A DNA stretch of 51,882 nucleotides from Polaribacter sp. (lineage in GTDB: Bacteria; Bacteroidota; Bacteroidia; Flavobacteriales; Flavobacteriaceae). Below the pieces are notes generated by a model, which had not been told where the DNA came from, ran no database searches, and saw only the letters and a list, made by a program, of their open reading frames with translations. Positions 29,247-38,466 of the stretch are shown here, in pieces. The DNA is taken from contig JBELDQ010000001.1 in assembly GCA_042094215.1 (NCBI GenBank), positions 1 to 51,882 on the forward strand, in the 5' to 3' direction. The position numbers were made by a program, and so were the translations under genes. The number at the start of each line of letters is the position of its first letter. Position 1 is the stretch's first letter.

Positions 29247-30434
29247 CTATTTCAAGATTGCTTGTATGCCGGGTAATAATTTTCCTTCTAACATTTCTAA
29301 CATAGCGCCTCCACCTGTAGAAACATAACTCACTTTGTTTGCAAAACCAAATTGTTTCACCGCAGCAACAGAATCTCCACCACCAACTAAAGAAAAAGCG
29401 CCTTTAGATGTTGCCTCTGCAATGGCATTTCCTAAGGCAATTGTTCCTTTAGAAAAGGTTTCCATTTCAAAAACACCCAATGGCCCGTTCCATAAAATTG
29501 TTTTAGAGGCTGCAATCACGTTTGCAAACTTTTCTGCAGTTTTCGAACCTGAATCTAAGCCCATCCAACCCTCAGGAATTTGATCTGTAGCAACCTCTTG
29601 AGTGTTCGCCTTGTTGTTAAAATCATCAGCAATCATGGCATCAACAGGCAAATGTATGGTTACATTTTTTTCTTTGGCTTTCGCTAAAATAGCCAATGCA
29701 ACGTCTAACTTATCATCTTCAACCAAAGAGTTTCCAATGCTGCCGCCAAGGGCCTTGACAAAAGTAAAAGTCATACCCCCACCAATGATGATATGATCTA
29801 CTTTGTCTAAAATATTTTCAATGACTCCAATTTTAGAGGAAACTTTTGCCCCTCCAAGAATAGCAGTAACGGGCCTTTGACTGTCATCTAATACTTTACG
29901 AATACTCTCAATTTCTTTTGCCAATAAATGTCCAAAACATTTCTTGTCTTGAAAAAAATCTGCAACCATAGCCGTCGAAGCATGTGCTCTATGTGCTGCT
30001 CCAAAAGCATCGTTTACATAAACATCTCCCAATTTAGAAAGCTGCTCAGCGAAACGGATATCACCTTTCTTTTCTTCTGAATGAAAACGTAAGTTTTCTA
30101 ATAATAAAACTTCTCCTGCTTGTAATTCAGTTGCTGCTTTTTCTGCTGTTGCTCCAATACAATCTGAAACAAACTTTACCTTCACACCAATTATTTCAGT
30201 TACTTTATCCACAATATGACGCAGAGAAAACTGGTCTTCAACCCCTTTTGGTCTTCCTAAATGAGACATCAAAATTGCCGAACCACCATCTTCTAATACC
30301 TTCATGATTGTTGATTTTGCTGCCTCTATTCGGGTGGCATCAGTAATCTCAAATTCACTATTTAAAGGCACATTAAAATCTACTCTGATTAGTGCTTTTT
30401 TATTCTTAAAGTTAATGGTGTTTATTGTCTGCAT
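29247..30434 (-). CDS. pgk: Phosphoglycerate kinase
   Basis: [35 protein letters not shown]. Confidence 0.98.
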   Translation of the reverse strand: MQTINTINFKNKKALIRVDFNVPLNSEFEITDATRIEAAKSTIMKVLEDGGSAILMSHLGRPKGVEDQFSLRHIVDKVTEIIGVKVKFVSDCIGATAEKAATELQAGEVLLLENLRFHSEEKKGDIRFAEQLSKLGDVYVNDAFGAAHRAHASTAMVADFFQDKKCFGHLLAKEIESIRKVLDDSQRPVTAILGGAKVSSKIGVIENILDKVDHIIIGGGMTFTFVKALGGSIGNSLVEDDKLDVALAILAKAKEKNVTIHLPVDAMIADDFNNKANTQEVATDQIPEGWMGLDSGSKTAEKFANVIAASKTILWNGPLGVFEMETFSKGTIALGNAIAEATSKGAFSLVGGGDSVAAVKQFGFANKVSYVSTGGGAMLEMLEGKLLPGIQAILK

Positions 30435-30451
30435 TGTTGTTCTGTTTTTTA

Positions 30452-30459
30452 CAAATGTA
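30452..30459 (-). promoter_or_regulatory. -7 element (TACATTTG) for pgk
   Basis: TAnnTTTG match 17 nt upstream of the ATG. Confidence 0.55.
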
Positions 30460-30541
30460 CTTATTTAAAGACATTACAAAAAATTAGAAACTCAAAAATA
30501 CAGGTATCGATTTCGCCAATATAATGTTATATATTTGTCCT

Positions 30542-31690
30542 ATGTTTTTTAAAGATGTAATTGGTCAAAACCATATAAAAAGTCACCTGAAATCTGCCAC
30601 AGAAAAAGGGAGAATTCCTCATGCGCAACTATTTGTGGGAAAAGAGGGTTCTGGAAGCTTAACCATGGCTATAGCCTATGCGCAATACATTTTGTGCTCT
30701 ACTTCTAATGACGAAGAAAGTTGTCAACTCAAATGCGAAAAATTAGTACATCCTGACTTGCATTTTGCCTTTCCTGTTACCACCAATGAAAAGATAAAAA
30801 AGCACCCTGTAAGCAAGTTGTTTTTAGAAGAATGGAGAACTTTTATAAAAGATGAACCTTACGGAAGTTTATACAACTGGCTCCAACATATTGGAGTAGA
30901 AAACAAACAAGGACTCATTGGGGTTGATGAAGCAGAAGATATTGTAAAAGCACTGCAACTTAAATCGTATGAAGGAGGTTTTAAAGTGATGGTGATATGG
31001 ATGGCAGAGAAGATGAACATCGCAGCAGCAAATAAATTATTGAAGCTTATTGAGGAACCTCCCGAAAAAACACTATTTCTTTTATGTACTGAAAATGAAG
31101 AGCAAATCATCAATACCATAAAATCGCGTTGCCAAGCCATTTATTTTCCTACATTGAGCGAAGAAGACATTGCACAAGGCTTAATTACAAAAGAAAAAAT
31201 CTCTGAAAATGTCGCATATAAAGTAGCACACCAAGCAGCTGGAAATTACAACAAAGCACTGCATATACTGCATCATGATTCTAATGACAGTATTTTTGAA
31301 AAGTGGTTTATTACGTGGATACGAACCGCATTTAAAGCCAAAGGAAATGCTGCTGTTGTGCAAGAGCTCATTGATTGGAGCGATGAGATTTCTAAAAGTG
31401 GAAGAGAAACACAAAAGCATTTTCTGAGCTATTGCTTACAGTTTTTTAGACAAGCAATGTTGCTAAACTACAAATCAGAAAACATCGTTTTTCTAGAAAC
31501 AGAAACTGCCGGATTTGACTTAAAAAAGTTTGCTCCTTTTGTGCATAGTGGTAATATTTTAGACATCAATAAAGAGCTAAACAACGCACTATACCACATT
31601 GAACGAAATGGAAATGCGAAAGTAATTTTATTAGATGTTTCTATAAAATTAACACGTTTACTGCATACTAAAGAAGCCAAAGCAACATAA
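30542..31690 (+). CDS. holB: DNA polymerase III delta-prime subunit
   Basis: DVIGQ, RIPHAQLFVG, HPDLHF, AANKLLKLIEEPP, TIKSRC; ATG 30542 preferred since a -7 element (30530-30537) lies downstream of ATG 30524. Confidence 0.92.
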   Translation: MFFKDVIGQNHIKSHLKSATEKGRIPHAQLFVGKEGSGSLTMAIAYAQYILCSTSNDEESCQLKCEKLVHPDLHFAFPVTTNEKIKKHPVSKLFLEEWRTFIKDEPYGSLYNWLQHIGVENKQGLIGVDEAEDIVKALQLKSYEGGFKVMVIWMAEKMNIAAANKLLKLIEEPPEKTLFLLCTENEEQIINTIKSRCQAIYFPTLSEEDIAQGLITKEKISENVAYKVAHQAAGNYNKALHILHHDSNDSIFEKWFITWIRTAFKAKGNAAVVQELIDWSDEISKSGRETQKHFLSYCLQFFRQAMLLNYKSENIVFLETETAGFDLKKFAPFVHSGNILDINKELNNALYHIERNGNAKVILLDVSIKLTRLLHTKEAKAT

Positions 31691-34297
31691 CTAAAAGCGA
31701 AGTCTACACACTATATTAGGTGTAAAACCTAGAGATACCCTATCTATTTTAACTAGTTTTTGTTCTTCTAATACATTAGAAGAGCTTACAAATTTCAACT
31801 CATAGGTTCTCTCTAATACATTTTTAGTATTGAAAATATTAAGCAGAGACACCCCTAATTTCCCTTCAATTTTTTTCTTTTTAGAAAAATGAAATGTATA
31901 GGTTGAAGAAATATCAACTTTTTGATAGTTTGGCAATCTTTTTGTATTGACATCTTCATAACTTACACGAAGGTTATTAGTTGCATCTAAATAGGTGCTG
32001 TTTGCCTCTGTGTACCGGATTCCTGAACGTAATTTCCAACCCAAAGAAAATTCTACATGATGTAAAGCATAGGTGTGAGACCAAGTAAACGCATGGGGCA
32101 CGCTTTGCATACCATTGAATGTATTGCCTTCATTAAGCTCTTTAAAACGCTGTCTTGTACGCATATTTGAATACCCTATCCAAGAACGATAGTTTCCAAT
32201 CCTTTTCTTTAGAAGCACATCGATTCCAGCAATATCGGTTTCTCCAGAAATATAAAAAGGTATTCTAGTTGTCTTGTAGGTCGAAGCAATAGCTTCGGTC
32301 ATTAAAGTAGTCCCTCCTATTTTTTTCTTATAAAAATCAACATCTACATGCCAGCCATTACTTTGATATAAAAAACCAACAGCTATTTGTTTACTATTTA
32401 ATACCGGAATCTCTTCATTTGCAACAGCCCAAACCGTATTTTCCAAACCAATTCCGTTATTTCGATATTCTATAATTTGGCTTACTACTTGATTCTTTAT
32501 TTCTCCAGATGTTTTTAAAGTAAGTGCATCAGTAATTTTTGTTGAAGCAAACAACCTTGGTTCAACAAACATTTTTTTCGAGGTGGAAAAATGATTACCT
32601 CTTATTCCTAAATTCATATACATTTTAGCTCCACTATAGGTCAATTCAGTAAACCATGCATGGGTTCTGTTTGAAGAGTTTCTAGCATTTAAGACTAAAT
32701 TATTTCGAATCAAAAGATTTGTATTGTAGGCATACACTATTTTTGTATTCGAAAATTGATAGCCCCCTACTACCTGAAAAAGGGAATTTAAGTGATAGGT
32801 AAAATCGTACTTGATACCATGATCTTTTACATGGTTTACAATTTCAAATTCTCGATTGCTATTATCATTGCTATTATTTCTTGTGGTTTCTCTTTTCCCA
32901 TACGAATCAAATTGGTATGCTGAGACATGAAGATCTATATTCTGAGAAAATGTAGCGGTAGGTTTATGATTCCAATACATTCTTGACCCTGTGTTCTTGT
33001 AGGTAATATTATCTTGTGTCTTTTCTCTAAAACGACTGTTTTCTGAAAAGTAATTTAATTGATTCTTGTTGTGTAAATTGCTAATTGATAGACTGCTTTT
33101 ATCTGATACATCGATAAGAAACTTGAGGTTATAATCTTGAAAATAAAAATCATTAGTACTCGTAGAAAACTTATTTTCATCTTGAATTGCGTCATTAATA
33201 ATGCGCGTATTTTGAAAAACACTCTCAGAAAAATTCTTATAGGTTATCGTTTGCACCCAATCGGTTATAGATCTTCTTACAGAGAATAGCAGGCCGGCTT
33301 TGTTATTAAATAATGGTGTTTTTAAGTAGGCATCTGCATGGGTTAGGTTTACCCCAACGCCTGCCTCAAAATTAGGAATAGAATCCGCAGAACTAATATC
33401 TAAAACACCGCCTATTCGATTGCCAAACCTTGCACTAGTTCCATTTCTAAAGACCTCTATTTGTTCTGTTATGTATGGATTAAATGAGGATATTAAACCG
33501 AAAAAATGGCCACTTTGATACATTTTAATCCCATCAAATAAAATCAAATTTTGGTCAGGAGAACCGCCTCTAATCTGCAATTCCGAAGCAGTCTCTGATA
33601 CACTTTGAATCCCGGGCAACATTTGCAAACTCAATAAAACATCAGGCTCTATTAATCCCGGTAAAATTCCAAACTTTTTTGGGGCTAAGGCAATAGCTCC
33701 GTTTTGTTTTTTAACAATTCCTTGTGTAAGATAATCACTTATGAGTACCTCATCAAGAGCGATGTGTTCCTCTTCCAATTCGATCAATACATTTGATTTA
33801 CCTAACAAGGTATGTATTGGAATAATGACTGAATTAAATCCAATACCACGCACTTCAATTTCTTGCTCTGACGATACATTGGTCAATGAAAATTCTCCAT
33901 ATTCATTTGAAATGGTTCCTTTTGATGTGCCTTTCAGTAGCACTGAAGAAAACGGAATATATTCTCTGGTCTTGCGAAAGATTAAAGTACCTGAGATTGT
34001 CTGATTTTTGAGAATCTCCTTCTCAGTAATTACGACATATCTTGTGTCAATTTGTTTGAAATTTAAAAATGTCTGTTTTTGTAAGTCTTCTAATTTTTCT
34101 TGCAGCGTTTTTCCTTTTTTGAAAGGGACGCAAGTCTTGTTTTTTATCACATCAGAATTGTAAGAAAACTTGACATTATACTGATTTTCAATAGCGCTCA
34201 AAACTACTTTTAATGTAATTTTTTTGGTGGTATTCTGAGCAAATGAAATACTTATAAAGAAAAGAAAGCAGCAAAAAAAAATGATTCTTTTTAACAT
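31691..34297 (-). CDS. TonB-dependent transducer (N-terminal STN-like signalling domain, CarboxypepD_reg-like domain, plug, barrel)
   Basis: Signal peptide; LKVVLSAIENQYNVKFSY; GTISNEYGEFSL; LQIRGGSPDQNLILFDGI; terminal Phe; directly downstream of fecR. Confidence 0.9.
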   Translation of the reverse strand: MLKRIIFFCCFLFFISISFAQNTTKKITLKVVLSAIENQYNVKFSYNSDVIKNKTCVPFKKGKTLQEKLEDLQKQTFLNFKQIDTRYVVITEKEILKNQTISGTLIFRKTREYIPFSSVLLKGTSKGTISNEYGEFSLTNVSSEQEIEVRGIGFNSVIIPIHTLLGKSNVLIELEEEHIALDEVLISDYLTQGIVKKQNGAIALAPKKFGILPGLIEPDVLLSLQMLPGIQSVSETASELQIRGGSPDQNLILFDGIKMYQSGHFFGLISSFNPYITEQIEVFRNGTSARFGNRIGGVLDISSADSIPNFEAGVGVNLTHADAYLKTPLFNNKAGLLFSVRRSITDWVQTITYKNFSESVFQNTRIINDAIQDENKFSTSTNDFYFQDYNLKFLIDVSDKSSLSISNLHNKNQLNYFSENSRFREKTQDNITYKNTGSRMYWNHKPTATFSQNIDLHVSAYQFDSYGKRETTRNNSNDNSNREFEIVNHVKDHGIKYDFTYHLNSLFQVVGGYQFSNTKIVYAYNTNLLIRNNLVLNARNSSNRTHAWFTELTYSGAKMYMNLGIRGNHFSTSKKMFVEPRLFASTKITDALTLKTSGEIKNQVVSQIIEYRNNGIGLENTVWAVANEEIPVLNSKQIAVGFLYQSNGWHVDVDFYKKKIGGTTLMTEAIASTYKTTRIPFYISGETDIAGIDVLLKKRIGNYRSWIGYSNMRTRQRFKELNEGNTFNGMQSVPHAFTWSHTYALHHVEFSLGWKLRSGIRYTEANSTYLDATNNLRVSYEDVNTKRLPNYQKVDISSTYTFHFSKKKKIEGKLGVSLLNIFNTKNVLERTYELKFVSSSNVLEEQKLVKIDRVSLGFTPNIVCRLRF

Positions 34298-34299
34298 TC

Positions 34300-35208
34300 T
34301 TATTTTTTAGAAAGAACAACGCTATTGGTGTCCATACGAAACTTAATTGCCAAAGGTGTGCATATTGTTTCTAGTGCTAAATGTACGTTATTATTTGTAA
34401 AAGTACCTGTATATAAAATGTTTACATCAATACTAGACGAGTCAATTACAATATCATATTGCTTTTCTAATACTTCTAACACGTATTTTAATGGCGTTCC
34501 ATGAAAACTAGATTCGCCAGATAACCAATTTGGTTCTTTGGCTTCAAAAGTTCTTATCTCTGAAGAATTCGTAGCGATTTTTCTAAAAGAAAGACCTTTG
34601 GTTAATAACTTTATTTCATTATTTTTCTGAACCTCCACACGACCCTCATAGCAGGAAACCTCATAATATGATCCGGTTGATTTTACATTAAACTCCGTTC
34701 CTAAAACACGTACGGTTCCGTTTTCAGAGTATACACGAAACGTTGCCCCCTTTTTTACTTTAAAATAGCCTTCTCCATTCAATGTTAACGTTCTGTTGCC
34801 ATCAAACCAATCACTCTTATTGTATGTTATAGAAGATTTAGAGTTCAATGAAACTTCAGATCCATCCGGTAAAACAACTGCCAATTGTTCTCCAAATGAA
34901 GTTGAAAAAACTTCGCTTGTTCCCGTTAAATAATAGACTGCACTTATCAGTAAAGCAACAGAAGCTGCAGCTGCATAGATCCAATTCGGGATGATTCTTT
35001 TTACTTTTTGTTTGCTGTTTTTTAAACGAATCTCTTCGAATACTTTCTTTTTATCAAATTTAGGAGGGATCAAATGCTGCGTGGCAGCTACAATCTTTTG
35101 ATATTCTTTGAATTCAGGTGTCTTCTTAAAAGAAACCAATTCGTCTTCTGTTAAATCGTTGTTCAACCAACGAGATAAAAAGGTATCGTCTGTATATTCG
35201 TTCTGCAT
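34300..35208 (-). CDS. FecR-family anti-sigma factor
   Basis: Single TM (IYAAAASVALL), LPDGSEVSLN, GEGYFKV, VRVLGTEFNV, C-terminal FecR domain. Confidence 0.95.
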   Translation of the reverse strand: MQNEYTDDTFLSRWLNNDLTEDELVSFKKTPEFKEYQKIVAATQHLIPPKFDKKKVFEEIRLKNSKQKVKRIIPNWIYAAAASVALLISAVYYLTGTSEVFSTSFGEQLAVVLPDGSEVSLNSKSSITYNKSDWFDGNRTLTLNGEGYFKVKKGATFRVYSENGTVRVLGTEFNVKSTGSYYEVSCYEGRVEVQKNNEIKLLTKGLSFRKIATNSSEIRTFEAKEPNWLSGESSFHGTPLKYVLEVLEKQYDIVIDSSSIDVNILYTGTFTNNNVHLALETICTPLAIKFRMDTNSVVLSKK

Positions 35209-35229
35209 TAGGAAGTTTCTTTAAAGTAT

Positions 35230-35255
35230 AACAGCTTTATTGCTGTATACCCTAC
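35230..35255 (-). promoter_or_regulatory. Putative ECF promoter GTAGGGTA-N13-CTGTT for fecR-TBDT
   Basis: Same motif and spacing as 35834-35859. Confidence 0.75.
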
Positions 35256-35267
35256 TTTTTAAATATC

Positions 35268-35777
35268 TTATAAATTACCAATCGTTACACGGAGCTGCTT
35301 CAGTGCAAGATGCATTCTCTTTTCAACAGCTTTTACCGAGATAGAAAGGATTTCTGCAATTTCTTTGTATGTTTTTTTATCTATTCTATGAAGTAAAAAG
35401 ACCTCTCTTTGCCCCTCTTTTAAATCTGAAATTGCATTTTGAAGGCGCTCCATAAACTCCTTTTCTTCCAACAAAAACTCCGGACTCTCATTCGTTGCAT
35501 CCCTTTTGCCAATCAGTTGATAGTTCAATACTACTTTTTTATGTGCAACCTGATTTAAAAATAGATTATTCGTTACAGTAAATAAGAAGGATTTTGCTTT
35601 TTCGAATACAATTTTAGCGCAATTACTCCATACTTTTATAAACGCCTCTTGCACTAAATCTTCAGATTGTGCAATGCTTCCACATTTATAGAAGGCAAAA
35701 TTATATAAAGATGTAGCGTGTTCTTGATAAAACTCTTCAAACACAGTAGGCTCGCAAACTGACTTATTTTCTGACAT
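35268..35777 (-). CDS. ECF sigma-70 factor (FecI-like)
   Basis: SEDLVQEAFIKVW, KSFLF, REVFLLHR...TYKEIAEILSISVKAVEKRM; ATG 35777 preferred, TTG 35798 lies in a -7 element. Confidence 0.95.
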   Translation of the reverse strand: MSENKSVCEPTVFEEFYQEHATSLYNFAFYKCGSIAQSEDLVQEAFIKVWSNCAKIVFEKAKSFLFTVTNNLFLNQVAHKKVVLNYQLIGKRDATNESPEFLLEEKEFMERLQNAISDLKEGQREVFLLHRIDKKTYKEIAEILSISVKAVEKRMHLALKQLRVTIGNL

Positions 35778-35795
35778 GACACTTATATTCTTACT

Positions 35796-35803
35796 CAAAA
35801 ATA
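35796..35803 (-). promoter_or_regulatory. -7 element (TATTTTTG) for the ECF sigma gene
   Basis: TAnnTTTG match 18 nt upstream of ATG 35777. Confidence 0.55.
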
Positions 35804-35833
35804 GCAGAATTTTTTATTTTTTTAATTGTATTG

Positions 35834-35859
35834 GTAGGGTATTCTAACTCTTGACTGTT
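35834..35859 (+). promoter_or_regulatory. Putative ECF promoter GTAGGGTA-N13-CTGTT for the repeat lipoprotein
   Basis: Same motif and spacing as 35230-35255; ends 30 nt before the ATG. Confidence 0.75.
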
Positions 35860-35889
35860 TTATTAATGAATCTTAAATAATAATAAACC

Positions 35890-36888
35890 ATGAAAATATT
35901 CTTAAAACCATTCATTGCACTCTTTATCGTACTAATTTCTATCAGTTCATGTCAAAATTCTACAGCAGAAGATTTGGAACTATTTGAAGCCCAAAATGCA
36001 CTTCAAAAAGATGAAGTTTTAAATATGGTCGCTTCTGTAATTGTAAATTATCCTGTTACAGCGGTGACCAATAATGCAACGAATACAACCCTGACTAGCG
36101 ACTTTGATATGGAGGACTATGTTGAAGTTACGAATAAACCTCAACTTAATTTTCCGTTCGATATTACTATTAATGATAACACAATGACTATCAATAATTT
36201 GAAAGAATTAAAAACTGTAGCTCGAAGAAATAAAGGAAAAAAAAGACCAGAATTTGTATACCCTATAGCGATTGAACTCGAAGATGGGACTACTCAAGAA
36301 ATTGCAGATAGAGAAGCTTTAAAAGCGTATTTAGATACGCTTGACGAAGGCGTTAAACCTGTATTTATGTTTCCGTTATCAGTAGTCATCAATAACAAAA
36401 CAGTAGAGGTATTAGATGAAAACGAATTAAAAGCCCTAATGGGAAAGCCTGCAAAAGGGAGAAGACCTCAATTAATTTTTCCTCTGTCCGTTATTTTAGC
36501 AGATGGCTCATCTCTAGTAATTGGAGACGACAATGAATTTAAAGCTTATTTAGATACGCTCGCTGATGGTGTGAAACCGCAATTTGATTTCCCTATTTCT
36601 GTGAAAAAAAATGGTGAAACAATCACTGTAGATACACAAGAAGAATTTGATGCACTTGTTAAAAAACCGAAACAAGGAAAAAAACCTGTATTTGTGTTTC
36701 CTATCGCTGTCACTTTACAAGATGGAACGATACAAGAAATTGCAGATGAAGCTGCTCTAAAAGCATACTACAAAAGCTTAGACAAAGGTGTAAGACCGGA
36801 ATATGTTTTCCCGTTATCAATTGTTAAAAATGGAGAAACAATTACGGTAAATAGCAAAGAAGCATTATACACCCTATGCGGCAAATAA
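35890..36888 (+). CDS. Lipoprotein with eight tandem ~36-37-aa repeats, function unknown
   Basis: Lipoprotein signal MKIFLKPFIALFIVLISISSC; repeated (K/R)Px(F/L)x(F/Y)P(I/L)xV...G.T..I....EL..L units. Confidence 0.85.
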   Translation: MKIFLKPFIALFIVLISISSCQNSTAEDLELFEAQNALQKDEVLNMVASVIVNYPVTAVTNNATNTTLTSDFDMEDYVEVTNKPQLNFPFDITINDNTMTINNLKELKTVARRNKGKKRPEFVYPIAIELEDGTTQEIADREALKAYLDTLDEGVKPVFMFPLSVVINNKTVEVLDENELKALMGKPAKGRRPQLIFPLSVILADGSSLVIGDDNEFKAYLDTLADGVKPQFDFPISVKKNGETITVDTQEEFDALVKKPKQGKKPVFVFPIAVTLQDGTIQEIADEAALKAYYKSLDKGVRPEYVFPLSIVKNGETITVNSKEALYTLCGK

Positions 36889-36945
36889 TCACATACAATA
36901 CCCAACAAATTCCTTATTAATAACGTTTTGTTGGTTTGAGATATC

Positions 36946-36984
36946 AGATGCGAGTTAATTTATATGGCTCGCATCTTTCTTTTT
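36946..36984 (+). terminator. Intrinsic terminator after the lipoprotein
   Basis: AGATGCGAG-N13-CTCGCATCT followed by TTCTTTTT. Confidence 0.75.
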
Positions 36985-37012
36985 AGTAGTTTTGTTAGAT
37001 AACAAACATCTT

Positions 37013-37411
37013 ATGGAACTATTAAAAACATACCCAACAGAACTACTCATACTAGGCTTCTTAATTGTCACCTTTTTACAATCTGGAATTGATAAAATAG
37101 TGGACTGGAAAGGAAATGTCTCTTTTATCAAAGTACACTTCTCAAATTCCCCTCTGAAGAATAGCGTTCCGCTATTGGTCGCTATTATTCTAATTACAGA
37201 AATTATTGCAGGTATTTTCATGATTATTGGTGCCTATGAGCTCATCAGCAGTGGAGACAAAATATATGCCCTTATTGGAACAGAATTAGCTGCACTTACA
37301 CTCATCTTTTTACTGATAGGGCAACGACTTGCAAAGGATTATGCTGGCGCTATGACATTGGCCGTATATTTTGTGACTACTATTTTTGGAGTGTATTTGT
37401 TAAGTCACTAA
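37013..37411 (+). CDS. DoxX-family membrane protein
   Basis: FLQSGIDKIVDWKGN, GQRLAKDYAGA, four TM; ATG 37013 supported by TAGTTTTG at 36987-36994. Confidence 0.85.
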   Translation: MELLKTYPTELLILGFLIVTFLQSGIDKIVDWKGNVSFIKVHFSNSPLKNSVPLLVAIILITEIIAGIFMIIGAYELISSGDKIYALIGTELAALTLIFLLIGQRLAKDYAGAMTLAVYFVTTIFGVYLLSH

Positions 37412-37463
37412 AATTATAAACAAATACTATTATACAATAACATATAATCAATAAAAACTATAC

Positions 37464-37499
37464 AAAACCCCTTTAAAACACATGTTTTAAAGGGGTTTT
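37464..37499. terminator. Bidirectional terminator-like inverted repeat between doxX and the methyltransferase
   Basis: AAAACCCCTTTAAAACA-CA-TGTTTTAAAGGGGTTTT, perfect 17-bp arms. Confidence 0.85.
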
Positions 37500-37565
37500 T
37501 ATTTATTTTACATAAATTATAGGTAATCACAATAAAAGCGTCTTAAAACGATATTAAATCGTCTT

Positions 37566-38423
37566 TTAAGTGTTTTTTATAAGATATATGAGCGAAGAAT
37601 ACTCAGAACTCACCCTTGCTTTTCTATTTGAAAGAAAACCAATACAAAGCGCCTTAAAAAACCTATTCTTTCCGTATTTATATTTTTCACTTAACATAGA
37701 AACATAATAGGAATCAAATTTCATAGGAATCACTTTTCCAACAGTCATACCTACTTCAGAAAATAGCTTTTGTATGGATCGTTGTGAAAAATGCCAGAGG
37801 TGTCTTGGCACATCATAGGCTGCCCAATAATTTTTATAATGTCCCGCATCAAAACTTTTATAATTCGGAACAGCAATTAACAAGACGCCATCAGGTTTCA
37901 ATTTATTTTTCAAGGTTTCAATGTATGTTAAAAGATTTGGTACATGCTCTAGAACATGCCACAACGTAATAACATCAAAACCATCTTCTTTTAACTGTGA
38001 AAAATCCTCCAACGCATCGATGTTTTTAGTTGCCGAAACAATACGCGCTTCTTTGCTTGGTTCTATTCCGTGAACCTCCCAACCGTCATTTTGTGCTGTT
38101 GCCAAAAAATCTCCTGTTCCACAACCTACATCTAAAATTTTTTTTCCAGAAACATCAAAAGAGTTTATCAATGACACCTTTCTTTTCAAGGTATACTTTC
38201 GCACACGTTGATATAGTTTATCTAAAAAACTTTTACTTGTATTTGAATGTGAAATATAGGCTTCACTCTTGTAGTAATTTTCCAAATCAGATGGCACAGG
38301 AGAGGTCACCATCATCTCATAGCTTGGATTCATTAACAACTCGTAAGACTCATTAGAAACAGTATAATCTATACAGCTCATTACAGGAATCAACCCTTTG
38401 TGTAAGTTCATTTCTTTGCGCAT
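37566..38423 (-). CDS. Class I SAM-dependent methyltransferase
   Basis: ILDVGCGTGDFL, FDVITLWHVLEHV, LKPDGVLLIAVPN. Confidence 0.92.
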   Translation of the reverse strand: MRKEMNLHKGLIPVMSCIDYTVSNESYELLMNPSYEMMVTSPVPSDLENYYKSEAYISHSNTSKSFLDKLYQRVRKYTLKRKVSLINSFDVSGKKILDVGCGTGDFLATAQNDGWEVHGIEPSKEARIVSATKNIDALEDFSQLKEDGFDVITLWHVLEHVPNLLTYIETLKNKLKPDGVLLIAVPNYKSFDAGHYKNYWAAYDVPRHLWHFSQRSIQKLFSEVGMTVGKVIPMKFDSYYVSMLSEKYKYGKNRFFKALCIGFLSNRKARVSSEYSSLIYLIKNT

Positions 38424-38443
38424 TTATATAGCAATTTAGAATA

Positions 38444-38459
38444 TGTTCCACATGGAACG
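38444..38459. other. parS-like centromere site
   Basis: TGTTCCACATGGAACG, two mismatches to TGTT(T/C)CACGTG(A/G)AACA; intergenic. Confidence 0.7.
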
Positions 38460-38466
38460 TTTAGAT

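Noticed and set aside
34273-34281. A9 run in the TBDT signal-peptide codons (and similar runs in wzx/wzy) as phase-variation sites
   Set aside because: Runs of 8-9 A/T are common throughout this AT-rich window and the frames are intact.
35890-36888. Periodic DNA similarity as a CRISPR-like or non-coding array
   Set aside because: The repeats are in-frame, diverge at synonymous positions and lie within one lipoprotein ORF.
37464-37499. Perfect 17-bp inverted repeat as a MITE end or dif-like site
   Set aside because: Single copy between convergent genes with A/T tails; a bidirectional terminator explains it.
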